From positions 416,001-480,000 of the forward strand of contig OY762654.1 of the NCBI GenBank assembly GCA_963666205.1: 64,000 nucleotides of DNA, in the 5' to 3' direction. This DNA is from Synergistales bacterium (lineage in GTDB: Bacteria > Synergistota > Synergistia > Synergistales > JAFGMB01). Below, one piece after another: positions 12,320 through 21,202 of this stretch. How positions within the stretch are numbered: the stretch's first letter is position 1; every line of letters starts with the position of its first letter. The position numbers were made by a program, and so were the translations under genes. The notes beneath the pieces were generated by a model that did not search any database, was not told the DNA's origin, and saw only the letters and a program-made list of their open reading frames with translations.

Positions 12320-13880
12320 TATCTGTCCTATCCTCTCTGTGTTTTACAGCACCATATATCCATTTCCATTCATCAAAACCCAATCTGTAACTTGTAAGTC
12401 CAAAGGATAGCATACCTGTCAATATGTTCAATAAAAGCCATAAACATCTGATAAGAAGCCCTGATCCTGAAGGATATATCCAAAGATAGTTGCTTAATGC
12501 CAGAGAAAGTCCCATAACCCCCAGGGAACAGATGAGTTTCACAATCCATGATAGAGACAATATACCAACCGGACATCCCAGAACTTTAGACATACGGTGA
12601 TTTCCCACAAAAGATGAAAAGATAAAAGCCAGAGAGGTTGCAAGTGCAAGACCAGAAAAAGATAATATAGGCATAAGCATAAAACTTAGTATAATATTTG
12701 AGAAGACACTGGAAAGGGTTACCAGCATGGCGTCCCTTGGCATGCTTCTGGCATAAAGTCCTCTCATGATAACAGTTGTACATGCCATTCCAGGCAGACC
12801 TATAGTATACATGGCAAGGGCACTTGCAGTAGCATGCCATGCCCAGTCATTAAATGCTCCCCTATGAAAAAGAATATGAACAATCTGCTCTGAAAGAAAA
12901 ATTAAACCGACTGTCGCAGGGAGCACAATAAACAGAGTAAACCTCAGCGAATCGCGCATCATGATCCTGAAGTTATCCCCGGCGTTCATGGAACATCTGG
13001 AAAGCTCCGGGAGAACAGCCTGAGAGATTGCGATAACAAAAAGTCCCAGAGGCAGTTGTATGATACGATTGGCATAATTCAGTACAGAAATAGCACCATC
13101 TTCAAGAAAAGAAGCAAGCATCCTGCTGATAACGGGATTGACCTGGTTAAGAGAAAGACCTGCAGCATAGGGGAGGAAAAGGCTGAACATCCTTTTTAAC
13201 TCTTTGTTTTTCATGTCGGGTCTGGAAGGTATAAGAAGAACTCCCGAACCGGCACTCCAGAACCACTGGAGGCCAAACTGGAATAATCCGCCAACAAGAA
13301 CTGCTATGGCAAGACTCCAGACTCCAAACCCAGTACCAGTAGTTGCTACAATAACAATAAATATGATATTGCTCAGGGCTGGAGCTATTGCAGGAACAAA
13401 ATAACTGTCAAGACTATTAAGGACACCCATGACGAGGGCTGATAGAGACATAAATAATAAAAAGGGGAACATGGTTCTTGTGAGAGATGTAGCCACTGCA
13501 AGTTTTGCCCCGGAGAAACCAGGTGCCATTATTCTGACCAGGAAGGGTGAAAAGAATATGCCAGAAAGGACTGTCACAGATCCTGCCAGCAGGAGGACTG
13601 TCATTGCCTGTCTGGCAAGGTTTGCAGCCTGTTCTTTTCCATTTTTGACAAGCGTTTGCGAAAAAACGGGTACAAAAGCTGCAGAAAGAGCTCCTTCAGC
13701 CAGAAGTTGCCTTGTCAGATTCGCAAGAGTATATGCAACATAAAAAGCATCCAGTTGACCGGATGCTCCGAAGAGAGCCGCTGTAAGGATCTCCCTGGCC
13801 AGACCTAGTATTCTGCTCGCAAAGGTACCAACCATCATTATCATGGCGTGACGAACCATCTTGGAAAGCCTTGAGGTCAT
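12300..13880 (-). CDS. murJ: Lipid II flippase MurJ (MviN)
   Basis: ASRILGLARE, DAFYVAY.LANL.R.LLAEGALSAAFVPVF, LNYANRIIQLPLGLF. Confidence 0.95.
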   Translation of the reverse strand: MTSRLSKMVRHAMIMMVGTFASRILGLAREILTAALFGASGQLDAFYVAYTLANLTRQLLAEGALSAAFVPVFSQTLVKNGKEQAANLARQAMTVLLLAGSVTVLSGIFFSPFLVRIMAPGFSGAKLAVATSLTRTMFPFLLFMSLSALVMGVLNSLDSYFVPAIAPALSNIIFIVIVATTGTGFGVWSLAIAVLVGGLFQFGLQWFWSAGSGVLLIPSRPDMKNKELKRMFSLFLPYAAGLSLNQVNPVISRMLASFLEDGAISVLNYANRIIQLPLGLFVIAISQAVLPELSRCSMNAGDNFRIMMRDSLRFTLFIVLPATVGLIFLSEQIVHILFHRGAFNDWAWHATASALAMYTIGLPGMACTTVIMRGLYARSMPRDAMLVTLSSVFSNIILSFMLMPILSFSGLALATSLAFIFSSFVGNHRMSKVLGCPVGILSLSWIVKLICSLGVMGLSLALSNYLWIYPSGSGLLIRCLWLLLNILTGMLSFGLTSYRLGFDEWKWIYGAVKHREDRTDNDEKPE

Positions 13881-13926
13881 ACAGAAAACCTCCAGAATTA
13901 ATTCAGACTAAAAGGAGTGATTTAAG

Positions 13927-14403
13927 TTGAGTAAACCTTCTGTTGTCTTATGGGGAATTGGCAATCCCCTGTATGGTGATGACGCCGCAGGTACAGTTTT
14001 TGCCGATATGCTGAAAAAAAAAGAACCGGAATGGTTAAAAGTCTTTAAATGTGAAACGGTTCCTGAAAATTATGTTGCACCTTTACGAAAGTTATCTCCG
14101 GAAGTTCTGCTGATAGTAGATGCTGCTGACCTTGGTAAAAGACCCGGAGAGATGAAAAGAATGACTCTTGGTGACTTTTCAAATATATCTTTCAGTACCC
14201 ATGGAATTTCTCTTGAACTCCTGCTTGAAGGTATCAACTCACGGATAATTATAATAGGCATCCAGCCATTGACAAGAGATCTGGCCCTCGACGAAATCAG
14301 TGAACCAGTTCGTTCCGCCCTTGAAGAACTGGAAGATATAATTATCTCAAGAAACTGGGACAGGATAGAAGATCTTCACCATGAAAAACGTTCTCCCAGG
14401 TAA
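13927..14403 (+). CDS. Hydrogenase maturation protease (HycI-like)
   Basis: GIGNPLYGDDAAG, ETVPEN, LLIVDAAD.GK.PG, STHG, IIGIQP; AGGAG RBS. Confidence 0.88.
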   Translation: MSKPSVVLWGIGNPLYGDDAAGTVFADMLKKKEPEWLKVFKCETVPENYVAPLRKLSPEVLLIVDAADLGKRPGEMKRMTLGDFSNISFSTHGISLELLLEGINSRIIIIGIQPLTRDLALDEISEPVRSALEELEDIIISRNWDRIEDLHHEKRSPR

Positions 14404-15110
14404 AACTTTCTAGCCACATCACTTTCTGCAACATATTCAGGCGAACCTTCGATGACTATCTCACCTCGATGTATGAGATATGTCCTATCTGTTATCGCAA
14501 GTGTATCTCTGACATTGTGGTCGGTCAGAAGTATTCCATAGCCTTTAGCCCTTAGGCTAAGGATGATCTGCTGAATATCATAGACAGCGATCGGATCTAT
14601 GCCGCTGAATGGTTCATCAAGTAGAAGAAAGTTAGGCATTATGGCAAGACATCGGGCAATCTCTATTCTTCTTCTTTCCCCGCCGCTCAATGCATAACCC
14701 GGAATATCACAAAGCGCATCCAGGCCGAAATCAAGGAGGATTTTTTCTACCGTACTTTCCTGTTCATTTCGGGAATACCCCAGTTCCTGCAAAACCAGTT
14801 CTACATTCTGTCTGACCGTCAGATTCCTGAAAACAGATGTTTCCTGAGGAAGATATCCTACTCCGAAGCGGGCTCTGCGATACATAGGCATTGTTGTTAT
14901 GTCCTTCCTATCAATAAGAACCTGACCGGAGTCAGGTTTGATAAGTCCCACAATCATATAAAACGTTGTAGTTTTGCCAGCACCATTCGGTCCAAGAAGC
15001 CCTACTATCTCACCCATTCTGACATTAATGTCAACTTTGGAAACAACAGTTCGCCCCTTATAGCTTTTCTGAAGTCCAACTGCCTGAAGAACATGTTCCA
15101 TAAGGGTCAA
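14376..15110 (-). CDS. lptB: LPS export ABC transporter ATPase
   Basis: GEIVGLLGPNGAGKTTTFYMIVGL, GYLPQE.SVFR, LSGGERRR.EIAR, LLDEPFSGIDP, LTDHNVR.TL, YLGERF. Confidence 0.95.
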   Translation of the reverse strand: MTLMEHVLQAVGLQKSYKGRTVVSKVDINVRMGEIVGLLGPNGAGKTTTFYMIVGLIKPDSGQVLIDRKDITTMPMYRRARFGVGYLPQETSVFRNLTVRQNVELVLQELGYSRNEQESTVEKILLDFGLDALCDIPGYALSGGERRRIEIARCLAIMPNFLLLDEPFSGIDPIAVYDIQQIILSLRAKGYGILLTDHNVRDTLAITDRTYLIHRGEIVIEGSPEYVAESDVARKFYLGERFSW

Positions 15111-15856
15111 TTACCTTTTCCCTTTTCAGGGGTGACAACAAGGGAAGACTTTCCGACAGCTTCGATCCTGTTAGTTTCCGGGAACAACACAAGACTGTCG
15201 GCCCTGATTTTTCTATCACCCTGCAATGCCCTGGCATTACCTGTAACGACAATGGAACCTCTTTTTCTTGAATAGACAGCCTTTTCCCCATAAATAAATG
15301 TTTTCTTACCTTTGACATCTTCAAGAATTATCCTCACATTACCTTCGGAAATGTTTTCTGTTATCTCTTTATTTTCAAGGGTTCCACTGATCCTGTTGCC
15401 GGAGATTTCAACACCCCTGGAAAGATCAAGAAACTTATCAACGCTAACAGCAATAAAGGTTCCAGCAGTTAATTCCAGAGTTTCTGAAATTACTTCTCTT
15501 TGGCCGAAGCGCGCCCTGATCTTACCCTTGAGGGCATAAAAGATCTCCGGGGAAAATGTGGCCTCGGCCATATCACAGGTAAAATATACTTCTTCCCCGG
15601 TCCAAATTCCTTCGCCCCTTACATTATTCCAGAAAAGAGCAGTAGTACCGTCAACAGAACCTTCACCCTTATCTGAAAGTATTTTCATACCATCTCGTGT
15701 AAGCATAACATTTCCTTCTGCATATACTACTCCCTTATCAGGGTCATATCGCATTATGTCAGAGGTAAGTTGCATTTCTCCAGCCAGACCTGCTGTCTGG
15801 CAAAAAAGAATAACAAGGAGTATTACAGTTCCTGCAAGCTGGGGCTTTCTACACAC
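15107..15856 (-). CDS. LptA/OstA-family periplasmic protein
   Basis: Signal peptide and repeated beta-jellyroll motifs (AEGNV, VTGNARA.QG...IRAD); overlaps the lptB start. Confidence 0.75.
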   Translation of the reverse strand: MCRKPQLAGTVILLVILFCQTAGLAGEMQLTSDIMRYDPDKGVVYAEGNVMLTRDGMKILSDKGEGSVDGTTALFWNNVRGEGIWTGEEVYFTCDMAEATFSPEIFYALKGKIRARFGQREVISETLELTAGTFIAVSVDKFLDLSRGVEISGNRISGTLENKEITENISEGNVRIILEDVKGKKTFIYGEKAVYSRKRGSIVVTGNARALQGDRKIRADSLVLFPETNRIEAVGKSSLVVTPEKGKGN

Positions 15857-15982
15857 AAAGCAACACCTGCCCTTTCATTTTTCCCTGATAATAGAGATAT
15901 TCTAGCACAGGCAGTAACCAGATCTGCTGCGAACCTTTCCACAGTCCAATCTCCGCGGGGTCTCATACTTCGCCGGACGAAA

Positions 15983-16480
15983 CTACAGACTATTTTCATC
16001 TATAAAATATTTCTTGAGTGAATCAACTGCATCCCTTTCACTGGATGAACCCACCACACATGTTATGGAAATGGAAGAAGCAACTATCATTTCCAGATTT
16101 ACTCCCCTGTCTGCAAGTATGGAAAACATTCTTGAAGGGACTTCAGGATGATTAGCGATTCCCGCACCTATCATGGTAACCCTGGCTATTTCAGTATCAA
16201 AGGTTACACCCTGGGCTCCAATTTCCCTTGAAATTATACGACATTTTTCTATTGCAGTTTCCATATCTTCCTTGCGTACGAGGAAGGCTATATCATTGAT
16301 CTGACCGCGCATAACGCTTTGAATTATCATTTCAGCCGTTATTTCTGCTTCCGCAAGTCCCGTAAAGATCTTTGCTGCAATACCCGGAACATCAGGTACA
16401 CCCAGTATGGCTATCTTAGCTGTGTTAGTGTCGGAGACAACTGCTGAAATAGCAAAACTTTCATCAACTTGCTTTTTCAT
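15983..16480 (-). CDS. Putative nested in-frame aspartokinase beta (ACT regulatory) subunit, 165 aa
   Basis: Internal AGGAGG RBS about 11 nt before ATG of MKKQVDESF, at the kinase/ACT boundary. Confidence 0.6.
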   Translation of the reverse strand: MKKQVDESFAISAVVSDTNTAKIAILGVPDVPGIAAKIFTGLAEAEITAEMIIQSVMRGQINDIAFLVRKEDMETAIEKCRIISREIGAQGVTFDTEIARVTMIGAGIANHPEVPSRMFSILADRGVNLEMIVASSISITCVVGSSSERDAVDSLKKYFIDENSL

Positions 16481-17188
16481 AATACATAAACCCTCCTGAT
16501 CTGAAAAAAATGGGGTAAGCCAGATGGTGATCTCATGTTTTTCCGCAAGTTCGATCACCCTGGCTGGAAGGATCTGGCCTCCTGCAACCTCGATCTCCAT
16601 ACACTCCTGGTAGGAAATTACACTTCCATCTCTGATGCAGGAATAGAACTGTTTATCCTGTAATTTTGCGGCAAACCTGGTATCCTGAAAGAAAAAGCAG
16701 GATGAATCATCAAATGATGCGGCAAGTCCAACAGAAAGGACCTCTGCTCCTCCAAGGCCAAGGGATATGATTTTGCCTTCAGGACCGATGCAGAATGAAC
16801 CTGATATAACGGGGATGACCTCTTCTTCAAGAAGGGTTGCCACATTCTGTGGATCCAATTCCATTATCCGGCTTTCAAGAATATCTCCAGTAGAAACAAG
16901 GCCATAGGCATTGTCATCTATTGTCACAGAATTGAGACCTCTGCTCTTCAGAACTTCTACAAGCAGGTTAGCAGATGTTTTTATAAAAGCAGCCTGATCT
17001 GCAACAACTGAGTAAAGTTCTTCGGATTTGCCTGACTTAAGATTTCCATGTCTCAGTGCAGGAACTCCCAGGATTATAATGATCCCGTATCCCATTGACC
17101 TGAAATCTTTTATTCTTTCAATAATCCAATTGATCTTCTGTGGAGAATCGAGAAGATCGGAATTAAATTTAAGTATCTGGGTCGTCAT
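15983..17188 (-). CDS. Aspartokinase-like protein: degenerate kinase domain plus two intact ACT domains
   Basis: Aligns by eye to AKII/LysC (ISYQEC.E...GGQIL..RVIELA; GVPDVPGIAAKIF, MIIQS, IARVTMIGAG) but lacks KFGG, VSA, GRGGSD and DVDG. Confidence 0.8.
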   Translation of the reverse strand: MTTQILKFNSDLLDSPQKINWIIERIKDFRSMGYGIIIILGVPALRHGNLKSGKSEELYSVVADQAAFIKTSANLLVEVLKSRGLNSVTIDDNAYGLVSTGDILESRIMELDPQNVATLLEEEVIPVISGSFCIGPEGKIISLGLGGAEVLSVGLAASFDDSSCFFFQDTRFAAKLQDKQFYSCIRDGSVISYQECMEIEVAGGQILPARVIELAEKHEITIWLTPFFSDQEGLCIMKKQVDESFAISAVVSDTNTAKIAILGVPDVPGIAAKIFTGLAEAEITAEMIIQSVMRGQINDIAFLVRKEDMETAIEKCRIISREIGAQGVTFDTEIARVTMIGAGIANHPEVPSRMFSILADRGVNLEMIVASSISITCVVGSSSERDAVDSLKKYFIDENSL

Positions 17189-17207
17189 ATTTATCCCTCC
17201 AGAAAGG

Positions 17208-18134
17208 TTATGACTCTATATTGATAGTAATAGCTCCATATTGATCTTCGTCAAGAACAAAGAAGCGTGACCTTACACCATGGTTCGAGAATATGGAACA
17301 CATTACCTGGGCAATATCTCCTACCTCCGAATTTGAAAAAGCAATGACACTTGGACCCGAACCGCTTATGGCAACTCCTGAACATTCCGGAATCTTTCTC
17401 AATTGACTGAGAATATCTTCTCCTCCCGGAAAGAGTTTTGCTCGAAAGGGCTGATGGATTTTGTCACGCATTGCCCAGGGTAGATTTTCCCATCTTCCAG
17501 TAGCCCAGGAAGCTGCAAGTAGCGCTGCCCTTGAAAGGTTAAATACGGCATCCTTCAAAGGAACTACTTCTGGAAGAGCTTCCCTTGCAAGACGGGTACT
17601 GACTTTAAAATCAGGAACAGCGACAATGGCTGCCATGGTTTTTGGGAGTCTGGGAAGCCTGACAAACCTGAGCTCCCGACCATTCCAGCAGCTAACCACC
17701 ATTCCACCAAGGCAGCAGGGAACTACGTTATCTGGATGCCCTTCTATTTCAACCATAAGAGACAGAAGATCCTTTTTTCTTAAAGGAACATCTCTCAACT
17801 GGTTGGCAAGCATTACTCCACCGACAATTGCGGTTGAGGAACTGCCAAGCCCTCTTGATAGGGGAATCGCATTGATACTTCTCAACCTGAACCCTTGAGG
17901 CTTGAGACTCCACTGTTGACATGCTTTTTCATAACTTTTAACTATTTCATTCTCGATATCATTTTTCAGTTCAGAACTGCCCTCTCCTATTACTTCTATT
18001 TCATACTTCTTTTCAGGATAGATCTCAAGTACATCAAAAAAGTTGTACAGGGAAAGGGCCAACCCCACAGTATCAAAACCCGAACCAAGGTTGGCACTTG
18101 AGGCAGGAACACGTATCCTGAATGGGACCTTCAT
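17208..18134 (-). CDS. thrB: Homoserine kinase
   Basis: RVPASSANLGSGFD, IPLSRGLGSS, EGHPDNV, D.IHQPFR, ISGSGPS; ATGA overlap with the thrC stop. Confidence 0.95.
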   Translation of the reverse strand: MKVPFRIRVPASSANLGSGFDTVGLALSLYNFFDVLEIYPEKKYEIEVIGEGSSELKNDIENEIVKSYEKACQQWSLKPQGFRLRSINAIPLSRGLGSSSTAIVGGVMLANQLRDVPLRKKDLLSLMVEIEGHPDNVVPCCLGGMVVSCWNGRELRFVRLPRLPKTMAAIVAVPDFKVSTRLAREALPEVVPLKDAVFNLSRAALLAASWATGRWENLPWAMRDKIHQPFRAKLFPGGEDILSQLRKIPECSGVAISGSGPSVIAFSNSEVGDIAQVMCSIFSNHGVRSRFFVLDEDQYGAITINIES

Positions 18135-19177
18135 TGTTGCAGAACCTCCCTTAGTGACTCCCATTCAGCATTTATCTCTACCGGAGATGGAGCCTTCAGA
18201 AGAGCAGCATCCGGATCTTTAAGCCCATTTCCGGTCAGTACACAGACGACCTTGATGCCTGAAGGCAATGAATGGAGTTTCTTCAATTTAACAAGTGATG
18301 CAATGGTTGTACATGAAGCTGGCTCAGCGAATATGCCGTCTCTCCCTGCCAGGTAGACCTGGGCCTTAAGGATCTCTTCATCAGAAACAGAAAGAAATCT
18401 TCCCGCAGTCTGTTTAACGGCATTGGATGCCTTCAGATAACTTACAGGACATCCTATTCTTATGGCTGTTGCCACAGTTTCGGGATCAGAGATCATGCAG
18501 CCCCTGACCATGGGAGAAGCTCCTTCTGCCTGAACACCTACAAGCCTGGGAATAGCATTACATTTTCTCATCACGGCATACTGATTAAAACCATCATAAT
18601 ATGCACTGATATTACCTGCATTACCCACAGGAACGACCAACCAGTCAGGTGAATCTCCAAGTTCATCACATATTTCCCAGGAAGCACTTCTCTGTCCCCA
18701 TAATCGATAGGGATTAACTGAGTTGACGATGGCAATTCCCATATCACCGCTAGCCTGTCTGGCCAATTCCAGGGCCCTGTCAAAGTTTCCCTTTATGGCT
18801 ATTACCCTGGCACCATATATCAAAGCCTGAGCCAATTTTCCAAGAGCTACATTCCCAGCAGGAAGGAGCACGAAGCAGGGTATTCCTGCATGGGCAGAAT
18901 ATGCAGCTGCGGAAGCGGAAGTATTACCTGTAGATGCACATATCACGGCCTTTGCTCCTTCTTCAAGAGCCTTGGAAACAGCCATTACCATACCCCTGTC
19001 CTTAAATGATCCTGTCGGATTCAAACCATCAAATTTGGCATAAGCCTCGATCTCCAGATCATTTGAAATATTTTTCAGGGGTATTAGAGGTGTATCCCCT
19101 TCGCAAAGGGACAATCTTGGAGTTTTCTCAGTTAGTGGCAGAAGAGAAGCGTATTTGTTCAGGATCCCGTTACCCAT
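18131..19177 (-). CDS. thrC: Threonine synthase
   Basis: EGDTPL, NPTGSFKDRGM, CASTGNTSASAAAY, NSVNPYR, PVGNAGNI, LTGNGLKDP; AGGAGG RBS before ATG 19177. Confidence 0.96.
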   Translation of the reverse strand: MGNGILNKYASLLPLTEKTPRLSLCEGDTPLIPLKNISNDLEIEAYAKFDGLNPTGSFKDRGMVMAVSKALEEGAKAVICASTGNTSASAAAYSAHAGIPCFVLLPAGNVALGKLAQALIYGARVIAIKGNFDRALELARQASGDMGIAIVNSVNPYRLWGQRSASWEICDELGDSPDWLVVPVGNAGNISAYYDGFNQYAVMRKCNAIPRLVGVQAEGASPMVRGCMISDPETVATAIRIGCPVSYLKASNAVKQTAGRFLSVSDEEILKAQVYLAGRDGIFAEPASCTTIASLVKLKKLHSLPSGIKVVCVLTGNGLKDPDAALLKAPSPVEINAEWESLREVLQQ

Positions 19178-19192
19178 AGGCCATTCCTCCTT

Positions 19193-19450
19193 AAAAATAA
19201 AATAACCCACGTATCTCCTCTGACGGAGACGACGTGGGTTACTGATCGCGGTTCCACTCCATTTCCGGAAAGAAACAAACCCTTTCCGACACTCTATAAG
19301 CTGTAAGGGGCTAACCCCGGTCACCTTATCCATTGCGGCTTCGGTACCCGTTCAAGGGTGGTATTCGCTTCACATCTCTGAAAAGGTCTTCCAGCCTGGG
19401 ACCTCTCTCTCTGTTCAGAGGACAGTAAAGCTACTCTCCCTATCATCACG
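19193..19450 (-). promoter_or_regulatory. T-box riboswitch, threonine specifier (ACC), with terminator
   Basis: Minus strand shows stem I GATGATAGGGAGAGTAG, AGAGA bulge, GGCTGGAA loop, specifier GAAT-ACC-A (19360-19362), T-box AATGGAGTGGAACCGCG and terminator TAACCCACGT...ACGTGGGTTA-TTTT. Confidence 0.92.
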
Positions 19451-19469
19451 TATATTGATTTAAAGTGAA

Positions 19470-19498
19470 TATATACAGGCAAATTACCCGGTTGTCAA
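19470..19498 (-). promoter_or_regulatory. sigma70 promoter of the thr operon
   Basis: TTGACA-N17-TATATA. Confidence 0.65.
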
Positions 19499-19510
19499 CT
19501 GGAAAAGACT

Positions 19511-20770
19511 TTAGTCAGAATAATCTTCACCATCTTTTTTTGTACCGGGGGCAGTGAATTGTGAAAATTCTGAACGCAGATTGATTATTTTTCTTTCGGG
19601 AGCGCTATTATGGTCATTACGCCTTCCAATAACTTCAAGAACTTTTTCAGCTGAACCCTCCGCTTTAAAGGCTTTGATAAATCTCTCAGCCCACCACTGA
19701 GTTTCTTCCACGATCCTGCTGATGACTTCTTCCTTTTCATTCATGATCATTTCACCCATTGGCAGGTTGGCTTTTTTATAATTACCATCCTTACGGCTAT
19801 AACCCTGTGCATCACACCAGGCAACCAGTTTTTGCCATAATTCTGCAGAAACACCTCTGTCATTTTCTTTAATATACGATCCATCTTCGATGACTGCATT
19901 CCCTGTTTCAGGATCCATCCTGACACCATAGACTATATTCTGGAAAAGAGTAGCAACATTACCCTTTCTTATACCATAGTCCGCAAACCTTGATACCTTC
20001 TCTATAGCAGTACCGGAAATACCATGTTGGGCTATTGAAACACCATAAGGATCGATAACTTGTGCGATTTCGGCGGTTCTTTGAAGGTCGATGCCCTCAT
20101 ATTCACCTGAAGAAGCATCATAGGTGCCATGGAGACTTCCGTTAGAGATGGCGAGAAGATCGGGATATATATTCCATGCGTTAAGACCTCCGATAAAGAA
20201 ACGCGCTTCTTCTACGGTAGAAAGCTCTCCAGCTCCCTTTATCTCCCCTACCTCCACTTCAAGACCAAGATAAGGAGGAATGTTCATTGCGACATCACGG
20301 GTGAAACAAAGGTTTTCCCAATCCGGTACATGTGACGCATCAACAGCTACAGAAGTCCATCCGTTTTCAATGATCTTCCGGAGATGAGATATGGAAGAAA
20401 GAAGGTCATTTCTGGACTTGATCGCATAATGATCAACATGCAGACCGAATATTGCACCATGACCAATCTCCTTTGAGTATTTCACAGCATATTCAGGAAT
20501 ATTATCAAAGGTTCCCTTACAGTATGTAGATTCAGATTTTGCAAGTTCAATATATACCGCGGCATCAAGTTTTAGTGCAGCCTGGAGAACACCCTTTACT
20601 GTAATGGGTGATCTGGCATTAACTGCAAGTATAATTCCACCGGTTTCTCTGTAGGCTTCAACAATATCTCTTCCACTTACAAGACCTACTTCCTCTTCTC
20701 CGTAAACTGCCTGAACATTAAGAGGCCTTTTCCCCAACATATCTCTGTAAGATCGAGAATTGACATTCAT
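19511..20770 (-). CDS. Class II fructose-bisphosphate aldolase family protein
   Basis: GLHVDH, SVAVDASH, EVEVGEI, LAISNGSLHG, AQHGISG, KGNVAT. Confidence 0.88.
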   Translation of the reverse strand: MNVNSRSYRDMLGKRPLNVQAVYGEEEVGLVSGRDIVEAYRETGGIILAVNARSPITVKGVLQAALKLDAAVYIELAKSESTYCKGTFDNIPEYAVKYSKEIGHGAIFGLHVDHYAIKSRNDLLSSISHLRKIIENGWTSVAVDASHVPDWENLCFTRDVAMNIPPYLGLEVEVGEIKGAGELSTVEEARFFIGGLNAWNIYPDLLAISNGSLHGTYDASSGEYEGIDLQRTAEIAQVIDPYGVSIAQHGISGTAIEKVSRFADYGIRKGNVATLFQNIVYGVRMDPETGNAVIEDGSYIKENDRGVSAELWQKLVAWCDAQGYSRKDGNYKKANLPMGEMIMNEKEEVISRIVEETQWWAERFIKAFKAEGSAEKVLEVIGRRNDHNSAPERKIINLRSEFSQFTAPGTKKDGEDYSD

Positions 20771-20942
20771 TTACAAATCACGCTCCCTGAGCAAAATAGA
20801 CTTGATACTGCAATTAACCTATCATGAAAACATTTTCAGTCAAGTCCGAAAGACAAGAAATATTTTTACACCCGGGACTTGAAGTCTGAGTAAAGCCATG
20901 TTAATATACCCTTCGCTGATTATGATATGAATCATTAAAAGT

Positions 20943-21016
20943 TGGGGTATCGTCTAACGGCAGGACACATGACTCTGGATCATGGAATCGGGGTTCGAAT
21001 CCCTGTACCCCAGCCA
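20943..21016 (+). tRNA. tRNA-Gln (CTG)
   Basis: Acceptor TGGGGTA/TACCCCA-G-CCA; anticodon arm CATGA-CTCTGGA-TCATG; GGTTCGAATCC. Confidence 0.96.
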
Positions 21017-21023
21017 TATGCAA

Positions 21024-21099
21024 GGCCCCATCGACTAGTGGTCAAGGTCATCACCCTCTCAAGGTGGAGACACGGGTTCGAATCCCGTTGGGGCTACCA
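21024..21099 (+). tRNA. tRNA-Glu (CTC)
   Basis: GGCCCCA/TGGGGCT-A-CCA; anticodon arm TCACC-CTCTCAA-GGTGG; GGTTCGAATCC. Confidence 0.96.
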
Positions 21100-21110
21100 T
21101 AATAACAACT

Positions 21111-21140
21111 AACCTCCTTGTTGCTGGGAGGTTTTTTTAT
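21111..21140 (+). terminator. Terminator after tRNA-Gln/tRNA-Glu
   Basis: AACCTCCT...GGGAGGTT followed by a T-run. Confidence 0.7.
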
Positions 21141-21202
21141 TTTTCAGGGGTGGAATATATCCTCAAGGACCATGATATTGGTCCAGTTTTAAACTTTCTG
21201 TA

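Noticed and set aside
19178-19333. N-terminal extension of thrC in the ORF track
   Set aside because: It overlaps the T-box RNA; the RBS supports ATG 19177. Similar over-extensions were trimmed for pstS, hisS, tex, the XRE gene, the protease and the yerC-like gene.
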